From contig DASZLS010000125.1 of the NCBI GenBank assembly GCA_035552255.1, positions 28,080 to 92,079 of the forward strand: a stretch of 64,000 nucleotides of DNA, written 5' to 3'. The position numbers and the translations under genes were made by a program. Each line of letters starts with the position of its first letter. The stretch's first letter is position 1. Below are positions 44,977 through 56,450 of the stretch, piece after piece. Below the pieces are notes generated by a model, which was not told the DNA's origin, ran no database searches, and saw only the letters and a list, made by a program, of their open reading frames with translations. This DNA comes from Acidimicrobiales bacterium. GTDB taxonomy: Bacteria > Actinomycetota > Acidimicrobiia > Acidimicrobiales > RAAP-2.

Positions 44977-45049
44977 GGGAACACAGTAGGTGTCGGACGG
45001 GCGAGATGACCTCGTTCACTACGATGTGAGGATTCATTGAAGGAGATCC

Positions 45050-48000
45050 ATGTTTCGCCCCGTCAGCGCCGACCTTGAGTTTGTGGCCATTGAAGAGGTC
45101 GAACTCGCCAGGTGGAAGGCGAACAACGTCTTCGAGCGCTCGATGAAGCTGCGCGAAGGAGCAGAACCCTGGGTGTTCTACGAAGGTCCGCCGACGGCGA
45201 ATGGCCTGCCTGGACTCCATCACGTATGGGCCCGCGTGTACAAGGACCTCTTTTGCCGCTATCACACGATGCAGGGTCATTTTGTGACTCGCCGGGCCGG
45301 TTGGGATACCCACGGCCTACCGGTCGAGGTGCAGGTCGAAAAGCAACTGGGCGTCTCGGGCAAGAAGGAGATCGAAGAGCGCGTCGGCATCGCCGAGTTC
45401 ACGCGGCTCTGTCGCGAATCGGTGCTCACCTACATCGAGGAGTTTGAACGGCTCACCGAGCGCATTGGCTACTGGATCGACACCGAGCACGCGTATTACA
45501 CCTATCACCCGTCGTACGTGGAATCGGTGTGGTGGCATTTGAAGCAGCTGTTCGATCGCGGACTGCTCTACGAGGACTTCAAGGTCGTTCCGTATTGCCA
45601 GCGATGCGAGACGGGCTTGTCCTCGCACGAATTGGGCCAGCCGGGTGTCTACACCGACGAAACCGACGAGAGTGTCTACGTAAAGTTCCCGCTCAACGAT
45701 GCCGCCGACCGAACCGATCTCGGGGGAGCGACGCACCTGGCCGTCTGGACAACGACGCCCTGGACGCTGATCTCAAACGTCGCCGTCGCCGTGAACCCGG
45801 AAGTGACGTACGCGGTTGTTGACGGCGCAGTCGTTGCCGAAGAGCTCGTCACGTCCGTCTTCGGCGAGGACGCTAAAGTCACGACGACGTTCCCCGGCAC
45901 TGCGCTCCTCGGGCTGCACTACGAGCGGCCATTTACCGACGTGCCGATCCCCGAGGGCTACGACGCCCATTACGTCGTGGGGGCTGACTACGTGACGATC
46001 GAAGACGGCACCGGGCTCGTGCATCAGTCGCCGGGATTCGGTGAGATCGACCGCCAGGTGGCGCGAGAGAACGGTCTGCCGACGCTCAATCCGGTCGGCC
46101 CCGATGGCCGGTTCATGCCCGTCGTGAGTTGGCTCGCCGGACAGCACGTGCGCGACACGAACCACGAGATCAATGATGAGCTCGAGCGTCGGGGCCTGCT
46201 CATTCGTCGCTTCAACTACTCCCACTCACTGCCGCACTGTTGGCGCTGCGGGACGGTTCTCATCTATTGGGCGAAGCCCAGCTGGTACGTGGCGACCAGC
46301 CAATTCAAAGAGCAGCTCATCACCGAGAACTCGACCATTGACTGGCACCCCGAGTACATCCGAGACGGTCGGATGGGCGAGTGGCTCGCGAACAATGTCG
46401 ACTGGGCGCTCTCTCGCGATCGCTACTGGGGTACGCCGCTGCCGATTTGGCGCTGCAAGGACGGGCACCTCACGTGTGTCGCCTCGCGCGCGGAGCTCTC
46501 GTCCCTCACCGGTCGCGACCTCTCTGATCTCGAGCCGCACCGTCCTGAGATCGACGAGATCACCTTTGACTGCCCGACGTGCGCCAACGAGGCCCGCCGC
46601 GTCGAGCCGGTCATTGATGCGTGGTTCGACTCTGGCTCGATGCCGGCCGCCCAAGTGGGCTATCCCCACGTGCCCGGCAGCGAAGAGGCGATGCAGTATC
46701 CCGCCCAGTTCATCGCCGAAGCCATTGACCAGACGCGCGGTTGGTTCTATTCACTGCTCGCGGTGAACACACTCGTCTTTGGCGCCAAGCCCTACGAGCA
46801 CGTGCTCTGTCTCGGTCACATTGTTGACGAGACCGGAAAGAAGATGAGCAAGTCCGTCGGCAACGTAATCGACCCCTGGGACGTGCTGAATACGAGGGGC
46901 GCGGACGCGTTGCGATGGTGGATGTTCTCTCAAGGTTCTCCCTGGACGTCGACGCGCGCGGGACTCGGCGCGATTGACTCCTCGATGCGAGAAACACTCG
47001 CCACGCTCTGGAACACGTTTAGCTTTTTCACGACCTACGCGTCGCTCAATCAATTCGATCCCCACGGCGAGGACGTCCCCGGCGTTGAGGAGCGCCCCGC
47101 CGTCGATCGCTGGATCATCTCGCGCATGGAGAGCGTGACCGAGACGGTTACGACCGCACTCGACGGGTATGAGCCGCTGGGCGGGACCGACGCCTTGGTC
47201 GAACTGGTGGATGATCTGTCCAACTGGTATGTGCGGCGCAGTCGTCGCCGCTTCTGGCGCACGGACCCCACCGCCCCGCCTTCGGACTCGCTCGCGGCCC
47301 AGGCGACGCTGCTCGAAGTACTCCAGCGCGTGACCTTATTAATGGCGCCGTTCTGCCCGCTGCTCACCGAGCGGCTCTACCAAGAGCTCTTTGCCGCGAG
47401 CGACGCCGATTCGGTGCACCTCGTTGATTGGCCGAAGGCCAACCTGGAGCGTAGAAACGCTGATCTGGAAGCGTCGATGGCCGTTGCGCGCCGACTCACC
47501 TCGCTTGGTCGCGCCGCGCGAGCGGAGGCCGGGGTAAAGGTTCGCCAGCCGCTCGCGCGAGCTTTGGTCTTTCTCGCATCCGGCTCCTCGCTGCCCCCTG
47601 AGGGCGTCGTCGAAGACGAGCTGAACGTCGATCACCTCGAGTTCGGGTCGGAACTCGCCGACGTGTTGACCTTTGAGCTGGTACCGAATTTTCGCATGGT
47701 GGGTCCGCGCCTCGGTGAAGCCGTAAAGGAGTTGCGTCCCGCACTGGCGGCGCTCGACTCGCTGGTGGCGGCGAGTGACCTAGAAGCGGGACGCGCGATC
47801 TCGGTGACGCTCTCGACGGGAACGTTTGAGCTGAGTGGTGACGACGTGGAGCTGCGCGTGAAGGGCCAGGGCGGATTCGCCGTCTCGCGCGACGGGGCGG
47901 AAGTGGTCGCCCTCGATCTCACACTGACTGATGAGCTGCGCCGACGTGGATTCCTGCGTGATGTCGTGCGTCAAGTGCAGGATCTGCGAAAGAACTCAGG

Positions 48001-48190
48001 ACTCGACGTGAGCGACCGGATCGTTTTGCACGTGAGCGGTTTGGACGATCTCGCCGACGGCTTTGCGACGCTCGCCAACGAAGTGCTGGCGATTGACGTC
48101 CTCGCGACACCCGGCGAGGGTGAAGGAACGATTCTGGAGTTGGACGACGAGCGTGACGCGCGGGCGTGGGTGAAGAAAGCGACCGTTTAG
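45050..48190 (+). CDS. ileS: Isoleucine--tRNA ligase (type 2, actinobacterial/eukaryote-like)
   Basis: 1046 aa. HIGH-type motif PTANGLPGLHH, KMSKS present, editing CP1 domain. The C-terminal region lacks the type-1 zinc finger. Confidence 0.97.
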   Translation: MFRPVSADLEFVAIEEVELARWKANNVFERSMKLREGAEPWVFYEGPPTANGLPGLHHVWARVYKDLFCRYHTMQGHFVTRRAGWDTHGLPVEVQVEKQLGVSGKKEIEERVGIAEFTRLCRESVLTYIEEFERLTERIGYWIDTEHAYYTYHPSYVESVWWHLKQLFDRGLLYEDFKVVPYCQRCETGLSSHELGQPGVYTDETDESVYVKFPLNDAADRTDLGGATHLAVWTTTPWTLISNVAVAVNPEVTYAVVDGAVVAEELVTSVFGEDAKVTTTFPGTALLGLHYERPFTDVPIPEGYDAHYVVGADYVTIEDGTGLVHQSPGFGEIDRQVARENGLPTLNPVGPDGRFMPVVSWLAGQHVRDTNHEINDELERRGLLIRRFNYSHSLPHCWRCGTVLIYWAKPSWYVATSQFKEQLITENSTIDWHPEYIRDGRMGEWLANNVDWALSRDRYWGTPLPIWRCKDGHLTCVASRAELSSLTGRDLSDLEPHRPEIDEITFDCPTCANEARRVEPVIDAWFDSGSMPAAQVGYPHVPGSEEAMQYPAQFIAEAIDQTRGWFYSLLAVNTLVFGAKPYEHVLCLGHIVDETGKKMSKSVGNVIDPWDVLNTRGADALRWWMFSQGSPWTSTRAGLGAIDSSMRETLATLWNTFSFFTTYASLNQFDPHGEDVPGVEERPAVDRWIISRMESVTETVTTALDGYEPLGGTDALVELVDDLSNWYVRRSRRRFWRTDPTAPPSDSLAAQATLLEVLQRVTLLMAPFCPLLTERLYQELFAASDADSVHLVDWPKANLERRNADLEASMAVARRLTSLGRAARAEAGVKVRQPLARALVFLASGSSLPPEGVVEDELNVDHLEFGSELADVLTFELVPNFRMVGPRLGEAVKELRPALAALDSLVAASDLEAGRAISVTLSTGTFELSGDDVELRVKGQGGFAVSRDGAEVVALDLTLTDELRRRGFLRDVVRQVQDLRKNSGLDVSDRIVLHVSGLDDLADGFATLANEVLAIDVLATPGEGEGTILELDDERDARAWVKKATV

Positions 48191-48642
48191 CGCGGAGCGT
48201 TGAGCTTGGTGAGCAAGCCGGTCAGCTGGGCGCGCTCCGCGTCGCTCAGGCGTGCGGTCAGGTTCTCGTCGAGGTAGCGCACGTGCACGGCGAGCGCCTC
48301 GTCGAGCTTGATGCTGCCCTCATCGGTGATGCCCACGAAAATGGCCCGTCGGTCGCTCTTGCAGTGCTCGCGCCGGACGAATCCCGCCTCTTGCAAGCGG
48401 TCCACGAGCCTGGTCGTCCCGCCGGTCGAGTGAACGATGGCGTCGGCCATCTGGCTCATCTTGAGTCGGCCGTCACCGCTGTTGCGCAGTTGGAGCAGTA
48501 CGTCGAACCAGGCGAGGGGGAGTTGGCACTGGGATTCAAGCTCCGCGCCGAAGTCCCTCGAGAGGCGTGCGTTCGTGTCGAGCAAGAGACCGAAAAGCGC
48601 CACCTTCTCATCACCCATCGGACACGTGTTGGAGGGAATCAT
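48187..48642 (-). CDS. MarR-family transcriptional regulator
   Basis: 151 aa. Winged-helix region (MSQMADAIVHSTGGTTRLVDRLQEAGFVRRE.C.SDRR). Confidence 0.9.
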   Translation of the reverse strand: MIPSNTCPMGDEKVALFGLLLDTNARLSRDFGAELESQCQLPLAWFDVLLQLRNSGDGRLKMSQMADAIVHSTGGTTRLVDRLQEAGFVRREHCKSDRRAIFVGITDEGSIKLDEALAVHVRYLDENLTARLSDAERAQLTGLLTKLNAPR

Positions 48643-48673
48643 GGAGCCAATATACCATTAGTTGCTAGAAAAG

Positions 48674-48710
48674 TTACTGCTTGACAAGTAATTGCATAAG
48701 CAAGTACAGT
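48674..48710 (+). promoter_or_regulatory. Candidate yceI promoter TTGACA-N18-TACAGT overlapped by palindrome CTTGACAAG (probable MarR operator)
   Basis: TTGACA at 48681-48686, TACAGT at 48705-48710, 9-bp palindrome at 48680-48688. AAGT(T/A)A repeats at 48671-48676, 48686-48691 and 48702-48707. Confidence 0.4.
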
Positions 48711-48750
48711 GGTGGTGCACAAGCAGTGCTGACATAACAAGGAGACATCC

Positions 48751-49299
48751 ATGACCACTCTTCCCCCACCCGGTGTTTACACCGTCGACCCCACGCACTC
48801 GAACCTCGACTTCATCGCCCGCCACCTCGTCGCCTCCAAGGTTCGCGGTAATTTCACCGAGTTTTCTGGCACTATCACCATTGGCGACAGCATCGAGAAC
48901 TCCTCAGTCGAAGCGGTCGCACAAGCGGCCAGCATTACCACGAACAACGAGATGCGCGACGGACACCTGACGAGCGCAGACTTCCTCGAGCAGGAAACGT
49001 ATCCGACGTTGACCTTCAAGTCCACCAAGATCACCTCGAAGGGCGGCGACGACTACGAAATGGTCGCCGACCTCACGATCAAGGACGTCACCAAGGCCGT
49101 GACATTCGACCTCGAATACCTGGGCACGAACCCCTCGATGATGCCCGGCGTGACGATCGTCGGCTTCGAAGCGAAGACGGAGATCGATCGTCGTGACTTC
49201 AACGTCAACTTCAACGCGGTCGTGGAGAACGGCGGCGGACTCGTCGTGAGCAACAAGATCGTTATTCAGCTGACCATCGAGGCCTCCAAGCAGGACTAG
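48751..49299 (+). CDS. YceI-family (polyisoprenoid-binding) protein
   Basis: 182 aa. Y.VDP.HS...F...H...SKVRG.F and HLTSADFL/TYPTLTFKST motifs. AAGGAG Shine-Dalgarno. Confidence 0.9.
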   Translation: MTTLPPPGVYTVDPTHSNLDFIARHLVASKVRGNFTEFSGTITIGDSIENSSVEAVAQAASITTNNEMRDGHLTSADFLEQETYPTLTFKSTKITSKGGDDYEMVADLTIKDVTKAVTFDLEYLGTNPSMMPGVTIVGFEAKTEIDRRDFNVNFNAVVENGGGLVVSNKIVIQLTIEASKQD

Positions 49300-49322
49300 T
49301 CAGCAGTACGCAGCACTCGCCG

Positions 49323-49356
49323 AAGAACCGCCGGGGGAGACCCCGGCGGTTCTTTC
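49323..49356 (+). terminator. Rho-independent terminator after yceI
   Basis: AAGAACCGCCGGGG gaga CCCCGGCGGTTCTT: a 14-bp perfect stem with a 4-nt loop, followed by a short T-rich stretch. Confidence 0.75.
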
Positions 49357-49370
49357 AGTACCATGGGCCG

Positions 49371-49493
49371 ATGGCCGAAAACAACAAAGGCAAAGTGGTG
49401 AAGTCGAGCATCGGAGTGCTCGGTGCGCTCGCGACGATCATCTCGGTGTGGTGGTTCGCGCTTCGTCCACGCCGTCGTCAAGAAGACGAGTAG
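49371..49493 (+). CDS. Candidate small single-TM protein (40 aa)
   Basis: Absent from the supplied ORF track; translated by hand. MAENNKGKVVKSSIGVLGALATIISVWWFALRPRRRQEDE: one hydrophobic helix flanked by charged ends. GC-rich third positions within the helix. Confidence 0.35.
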   Translation: MAENNKGKVVKSSIGVLGALATIISVWWFALRPRRRQEDE

Positions 49494-49524
49494 TTCGAAG
49501 CGTCGTCCTGGGTAGCCTGTTTGC

Positions 49525-50772
49525 GTGGCTTTTGCTTCGTTGACACCATTGCGACATCGAAGTTTTGCTATTGCGATCACGTCCTCATTCGTCTCCTCGG
49601 TGGGCACATGGATGCAGAGTGTGGCCCTCGGGATCTACCTCACGGAGACGACGCGCAACCCGCTCTGGCTAGGGCTGTTGACCGTCTCGGCTTGGACGCC
49701 CGCCATCATTGGCGCTCCTATCGGCGGGGTCGTGGCCGATCGCTGGAGTCGCCAGCGCTGGATTCAGCTCAACAACCTCATCATGGCGGGCACCGCCAGT
49801 GCGCTCGCGGTCGCTGCGCTCACGCACCACCTTTCACCCGCGCTGGCGTGCTATCTCGCCATCGGTGAAGGACTTTGTGGCTCAGCGTCCTGGGCAGCGT
49901 GGCAGTCGTTGCTGCCCGACCTCGTCGACCGCGACGAGGTGCTGGCGGCGGTATCGTTGTCCTCCGCCCAGTTCAACTTGGGTCGGATCATTGGGCCCGT
50001 CTTCGCTTCGGTCGCCCTGGTGCTTGGATCCGTAGGGCTGTGCTTTCTCGCGAATGCGCTCTCGTTCATCTTTGTGCTCATCGTCTTTTCGTTCGTGCGC
50101 ACGCCGGCGCGAGAAGTGCCGACCACCAAGGTCCGATTCGTCGCCGAGACCGTCGCCGGCGCGAGGCGGGCCTGGCAAGTAAAAGGTTGCCGCAATCCGA
50201 TTCTCGGGGTCGGAGCCGTCGGGATCGTGGCGAGCCCCTTCATCGCGCTGGTACCCGCGATGGCGATCATCGCACTGCACGCGGGCAAGATCGGCACGAC
50301 GTGGCTCGTCACCGCTCAGGGCGTCGGAGCGGTTGCGGCGGCGCTCACGCTGCCGATCATCGCCAAGCGCACGTCGCGTCTGGCCGTCTTGCGCGGTGCC
50401 ATGTTCGCCCTCGCTTTTTCGCTTGTCATCTACGCGCTCTCACCGACGCTCATCGTGTCCGCGCTCGCCATGGTCGTGGTGGGGGGTGCCTACATGGGCA
50501 CGTTGACGGGACTCAACACGTCGGTGCAGGTGCACGCGCCGCTCGCCGAGCGCTCGAGAATCCTCGCGCTGTACACGTTGTCGCTGTCCGTGTTTTATCC
50601 ATTGGGCGCGTTCGTTCAAGCCGATCTGGCTCGAGCGGTGGGCGTGCGCACCGTCACTCTCGTCGGCGCGCTCGTGCTCGCGCTGGCGCTAGGCACGGCC
50701 GTGCTCGCGCGTCCGCAGTTCTGGCGAGACATGGGAAGCCCGGTTGAGCCGCCACTTTTGCTGGCAGACTAG
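49525..50772 (+). CDS. MFS transporter (EntS/MFS_3-like)
   Basis: 415 aa, 12 TM segments. GVVADRWSRQR loop motif. GTG start. Confidence 0.85.
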   Translation: MAFASLTPLRHRSFAIAITSSFVSSVGTWMQSVALGIYLTETTRNPLWLGLLTVSAWTPAIIGAPIGGVVADRWSRQRWIQLNNLIMAGTASALAVAALTHHLSPALACYLAIGEGLCGSASWAAWQSLLPDLVDRDEVLAAVSLSSAQFNLGRIIGPVFASVALVLGSVGLCFLANALSFIFVLIVFSFVRTPAREVPTTKVRFVAETVAGARRAWQVKGCRNPILGVGAVGIVASPFIALVPAMAIIALHAGKIGTTWLVTAQGVGAVAAALTLPIIAKRTSRLAVLRGAMFALAFSLVIYALSPTLIVSALAMVVVGGAYMGTLTGLNTSVQVHAPLAERSRILALYTLSLSVFYPLGAFVQADLARAVGVRTVTLVGALVLALALGTAVLARPQFWRDMGSPVEPPLLLAD

Positions 50773-50776
50773 GCCC

Positions 50777-52141
50777 ATGTCCTTCGTAGCCATCAATCCT
50801 GCGACCGAAGAGGTCATCGCCGAGTACCCCGTCTTGAGCGCTGGCGAAGTCGATCAGGCGCTGGAACGCGCGTCGCACGCCTTTGGTTCGTGGCGTCGAG
50901 CGACCTTCGCCGAGCGCGCGGCGCTCATGACACGAGCCGCCGAGCTGCTCGAGAGCGAGGTTCCCGTCATCGCGGAGCTAATGACTCTCGAAATGGGCAA
51001 GACCTTCGCTGCAGCGAAAGGCGAGGCCATGAAGTGCGCGGCGACCATGCGGTACTTCGCCGAGCACACAGAGGCAATGCTGCGCGACGAAAGCCTTCCC
51101 ACGAAGGGTTCGCGGAGCGGAGTTCGCTTCGACCCCATTGGTCCGATCTTCGCCGTCATGCCGTGGAACTTCCCGTGGTGGCAAGTCGTCCGCATGGCCG
51201 TGCCCACGTTGATGGCGGGCAATGTCGTCGTCTTCAAGCACGCCCCAAACGTGCCGGGCAACGCGAAGTACCTCGAAGACCTCTTTCTCCGCGCCGGTTT
51301 CGCGCCGGGCGTGTTGACGTCGGTCTTCGTGGACATTGACCAGGTGCCCGGCATCATTGCTGATCCCCGGATTGCCGCGGTGACATTGACCGGCTCCGAA
51401 CGAGCGGGACGATCGGTCGCCGAGCACGCGGGCAAGAATCTGAAAAAATGCGTGCTCGAACTCGGCGGCTCGGACCCGTTTATCGTCGCCCCGTCCGCCG
51501 ATCTCGATCTCACGGTGCCCGGCGCCGTTGCGGCTCGCATTCAAAACAACGGTCAGGCCTGCATCGCGGCGAAGCGATTCATCGTCGTGCGCGAACGCGC
51601 GGACGAGTTTCTCGAGCGGTATTCAGTGGCCATGGGCGCGGTGCGTCTCGGCGATCCGATGGATCCCGCGACCGAGCTCGGCCCCCTCGTGTCGAAGTCC
51701 CAGCGTGATCTGCTCGACGCGCAAGTATCCTCCTCGATCGACAAGGGCGCCCAGGCGCTCGTCGGCGGTGTCGTCCCCGAGCAGACCGGTTTCTACTACC
51801 CGGCAACCGTGCTGGTCCAAGTACCAGTGGACACACGCGCCGCGTGCGAAGAGCTCTTTGGTCCCGTGTCGGTGGTCCTTGTCGCGCGCGACCTCACCGA
51901 CGCGTTGCGCGTTGCGAACGACACCCCGTGGGGACTGGGCGCGTCAGTCTGGGCGCAAGCGGACGACGAGGTCAACCAGGCCATCGCGGAGCTCGAAGTC
52001 GGCACCGTCTTCGCCAACGCCATGGTCGCCTCAATGAACGAACTGCCCTTTGGTGGGACGAAGCGCTCGGGATTTGGCCGTGAGCTCTCCGCCCTCGGGG
52101 CGCGAGAGTTTATGAACCCCAAGTCCTTCTTCGTGGCATGA
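50777..52141 (+). CDS. gabD: NAD(P)-dependent succinate-semialdehyde dehydrogenase-like aldehyde dehydrogenase
   Basis: 454 aa from ATG 50777 (MSFVAINPATEE...). MPWNFPWWQV, FKHAPN, ELGGSDP and NNGQACIAAKR motifs. Confidence 0.85.
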   Translation: MSFVAINPATEEVIAEYPVLSAGEVDQALERASHAFGSWRRATFAERAALMTRAAELLESEVPVIAELMTLEMGKTFAAAKGEAMKCAATMRYFAEHTEAMLRDESLPTKGSRSGVRFDPIGPIFAVMPWNFPWWQVVRMAVPTLMAGNVVVFKHAPNVPGNAKYLEDLFLRAGFAPGVLTSVFVDIDQVPGIIADPRIAAVTLTGSERAGRSVAEHAGKNLKKCVLELGGSDPFIVAPSADLDLTVPGAVAARIQNNGQACIAAKRFIVVRERADEFLERYSVAMGAVRLGDPMDPATELGPLVSKSQRDLLDAQVSSSIDKGAQALVGGVVPEQTGFYYPATVLVQVPVDTRAACEELFGPVSVVLVARDLTDALRVANDTPWGLGASVWAQADDEVNQAIAELEVGTVFANAMVASMNELPFGGTKRSGFGRELSALGAREFMNPKSFFVA

Positions 52142-53298
52142 ACCAGTACTACTTCGACCACGCCGCCTCCGCGCCTCGCCGCGACGAGGTGACCGACGCC
52201 ATGGCTCGCTGGCAGCACGGCGTCGTGGGCAACCCTTCAGGAAGCCACCGCGCGGCACGAGAAGCGCGTCGGGCCGTTGAAGACGCGCGCGAGGAGATCG
52301 CCGGTCTGGTCGGCGCTAAGCCGGGAGGAGTCATCTTCACCGGGGGCGGCACCGAGTCGTGCCAACTCGCGATCGTCGGGACTGCGCATCGCTACCGGCG
52401 TACGCACGAACGCTGCGAGATTGTCGTGTCTCGGATCGAGCACCATGCGGTGCTCGATGCCGCAGAGATGATGGCCCGCGATTTTGATGACGTCAGCCTT
52501 CGCTACGTCGAAGTGGACGCCGAAGGCGTCGCCGATCTCGACTCGCTCCATGAGATCGTGAACGAGCACACCGCACTCGTGAGTGTGATGGCGGTGAACA
52601 ACGAGACGGGTGTGCGTCAGCCGCTCGACGGTGTCAACTCCGTTGTGCGCGCCGTGCCCGGCGAGGCGCTCACCCACACCGACGCCGTGGCCGCGGCGCC
52701 CTGGCTCAGCCTGTCAGTGGTCACCGCCACCACGGACATGGTGTCGATCTGCGCGCACAAGATCGGTGGACCGGTGAACAGTGGCGCGCTCATCCTTCGA
52801 AATGATGCCGCGATTGATCCCGTCACCCCTGGCGGGGGCCAGGAGCGCGGACGACGGGGCGGCACAGTCGATGTAGCGGCCGCAGTCGGACTTGCCACGG
52901 CACTGCGACTCACCGACGCGGAGCTCGCGGACGTGAACGATCGAGTGCTCGACTTCCAAGAGAAGTTGACAGCTGCCTTTAGCTACTTGCCTGGCTGTCT
53001 TGTCACTGCCGCCGGGGCCGCGCGTGTGCCCGGCACGGTGCACGTCACCTTCGAAGGACTCGCGAGTGACGAGCTGCTCTTTCTCTTGGATCAGGCGGGG
53101 GTCTGCGCGTCGGCCGCCGCCAGCTGTTCGAGTGGCGCCACTACGCAGAGCCACGTGCTCGCGGCGATGGGCATCGCCCCCGAACGCGCCCGCGGGTCTG
53201 TTCGCTTCTCTATGGGAGGAGAGACGACCGACGATGACGTCGAGGCGCTGATCAACACGCTGTCATCGGTGGTTTACCGACTCCACGGCGAGTCCTGA
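52138..53298 (+). CDS. Cysteine desulfurase (NifS/IscS-like class V aminotransferase)
   Basis: 386 aa. PLP-Lys context SICAHKIGGP and active-site Cys loop SCSSG. ATGA overlap with the upstream gene. Confidence 0.9.
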   Translation: MNQYYFDHAASAPRRDEVTDAMARWQHGVVGNPSGSHRAAREARRAVEDAREEIAGLVGAKPGGVIFTGGGTESCQLAIVGTAHRYRRTHERCEIVVSRIEHHAVLDAAEMMARDFDDVSLRYVEVDAEGVADLDSLHEIVNEHTALVSVMAVNNETGVRQPLDGVNSVVRAVPGEALTHTDAVAAAPWLSLSVVTATTDMVSICAHKIGGPVNSGALILRNDAAIDPVTPGGGQERGRRGGTVDVAAAVGLATALRLTDAELADVNDRVLDFQEKLTAAFSYLPGCLVTAAGAARVPGTVHVTFEGLASDELLFLLDQAGVCASAAASCSSGATTQSHVLAAMGIAPERARGSVRFSMGGETTDDDVEALINTLSSVVYRLHGES

Positions 53299-53323
53299 CT
53301 CGACGCCTGGCAGACTAGGGGAC

Positions 53324-56397
<3,074 letters not shown>

Positions 56398-56450
56398 CTC
56401 AAGGGCGCCTAACTGCCCACAAGGCCTCTGAAATAACTATGGTTTAGCCG

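Noticed and set aside
44900-45049. Possible T-box or other leader riboswitch upstream of ileS, as recalled for some actinobacterial ileS genes.
   Set aside because: Only 73 nt separate the GNAT start from the ileS ATG. I could not find the conserved T-box sequence (GGTGGTACCGCG-like) or a specifier-loop structure in 44880-45050. A covariance-model search would be needed to exclude it formally.
49296-49607. Listed 103-aa minus-strand ORF across the yceI terminator region.
   Set aside because: It spans the rho-independent terminator hairpin and overlaps the MFS start. It has junk composition.
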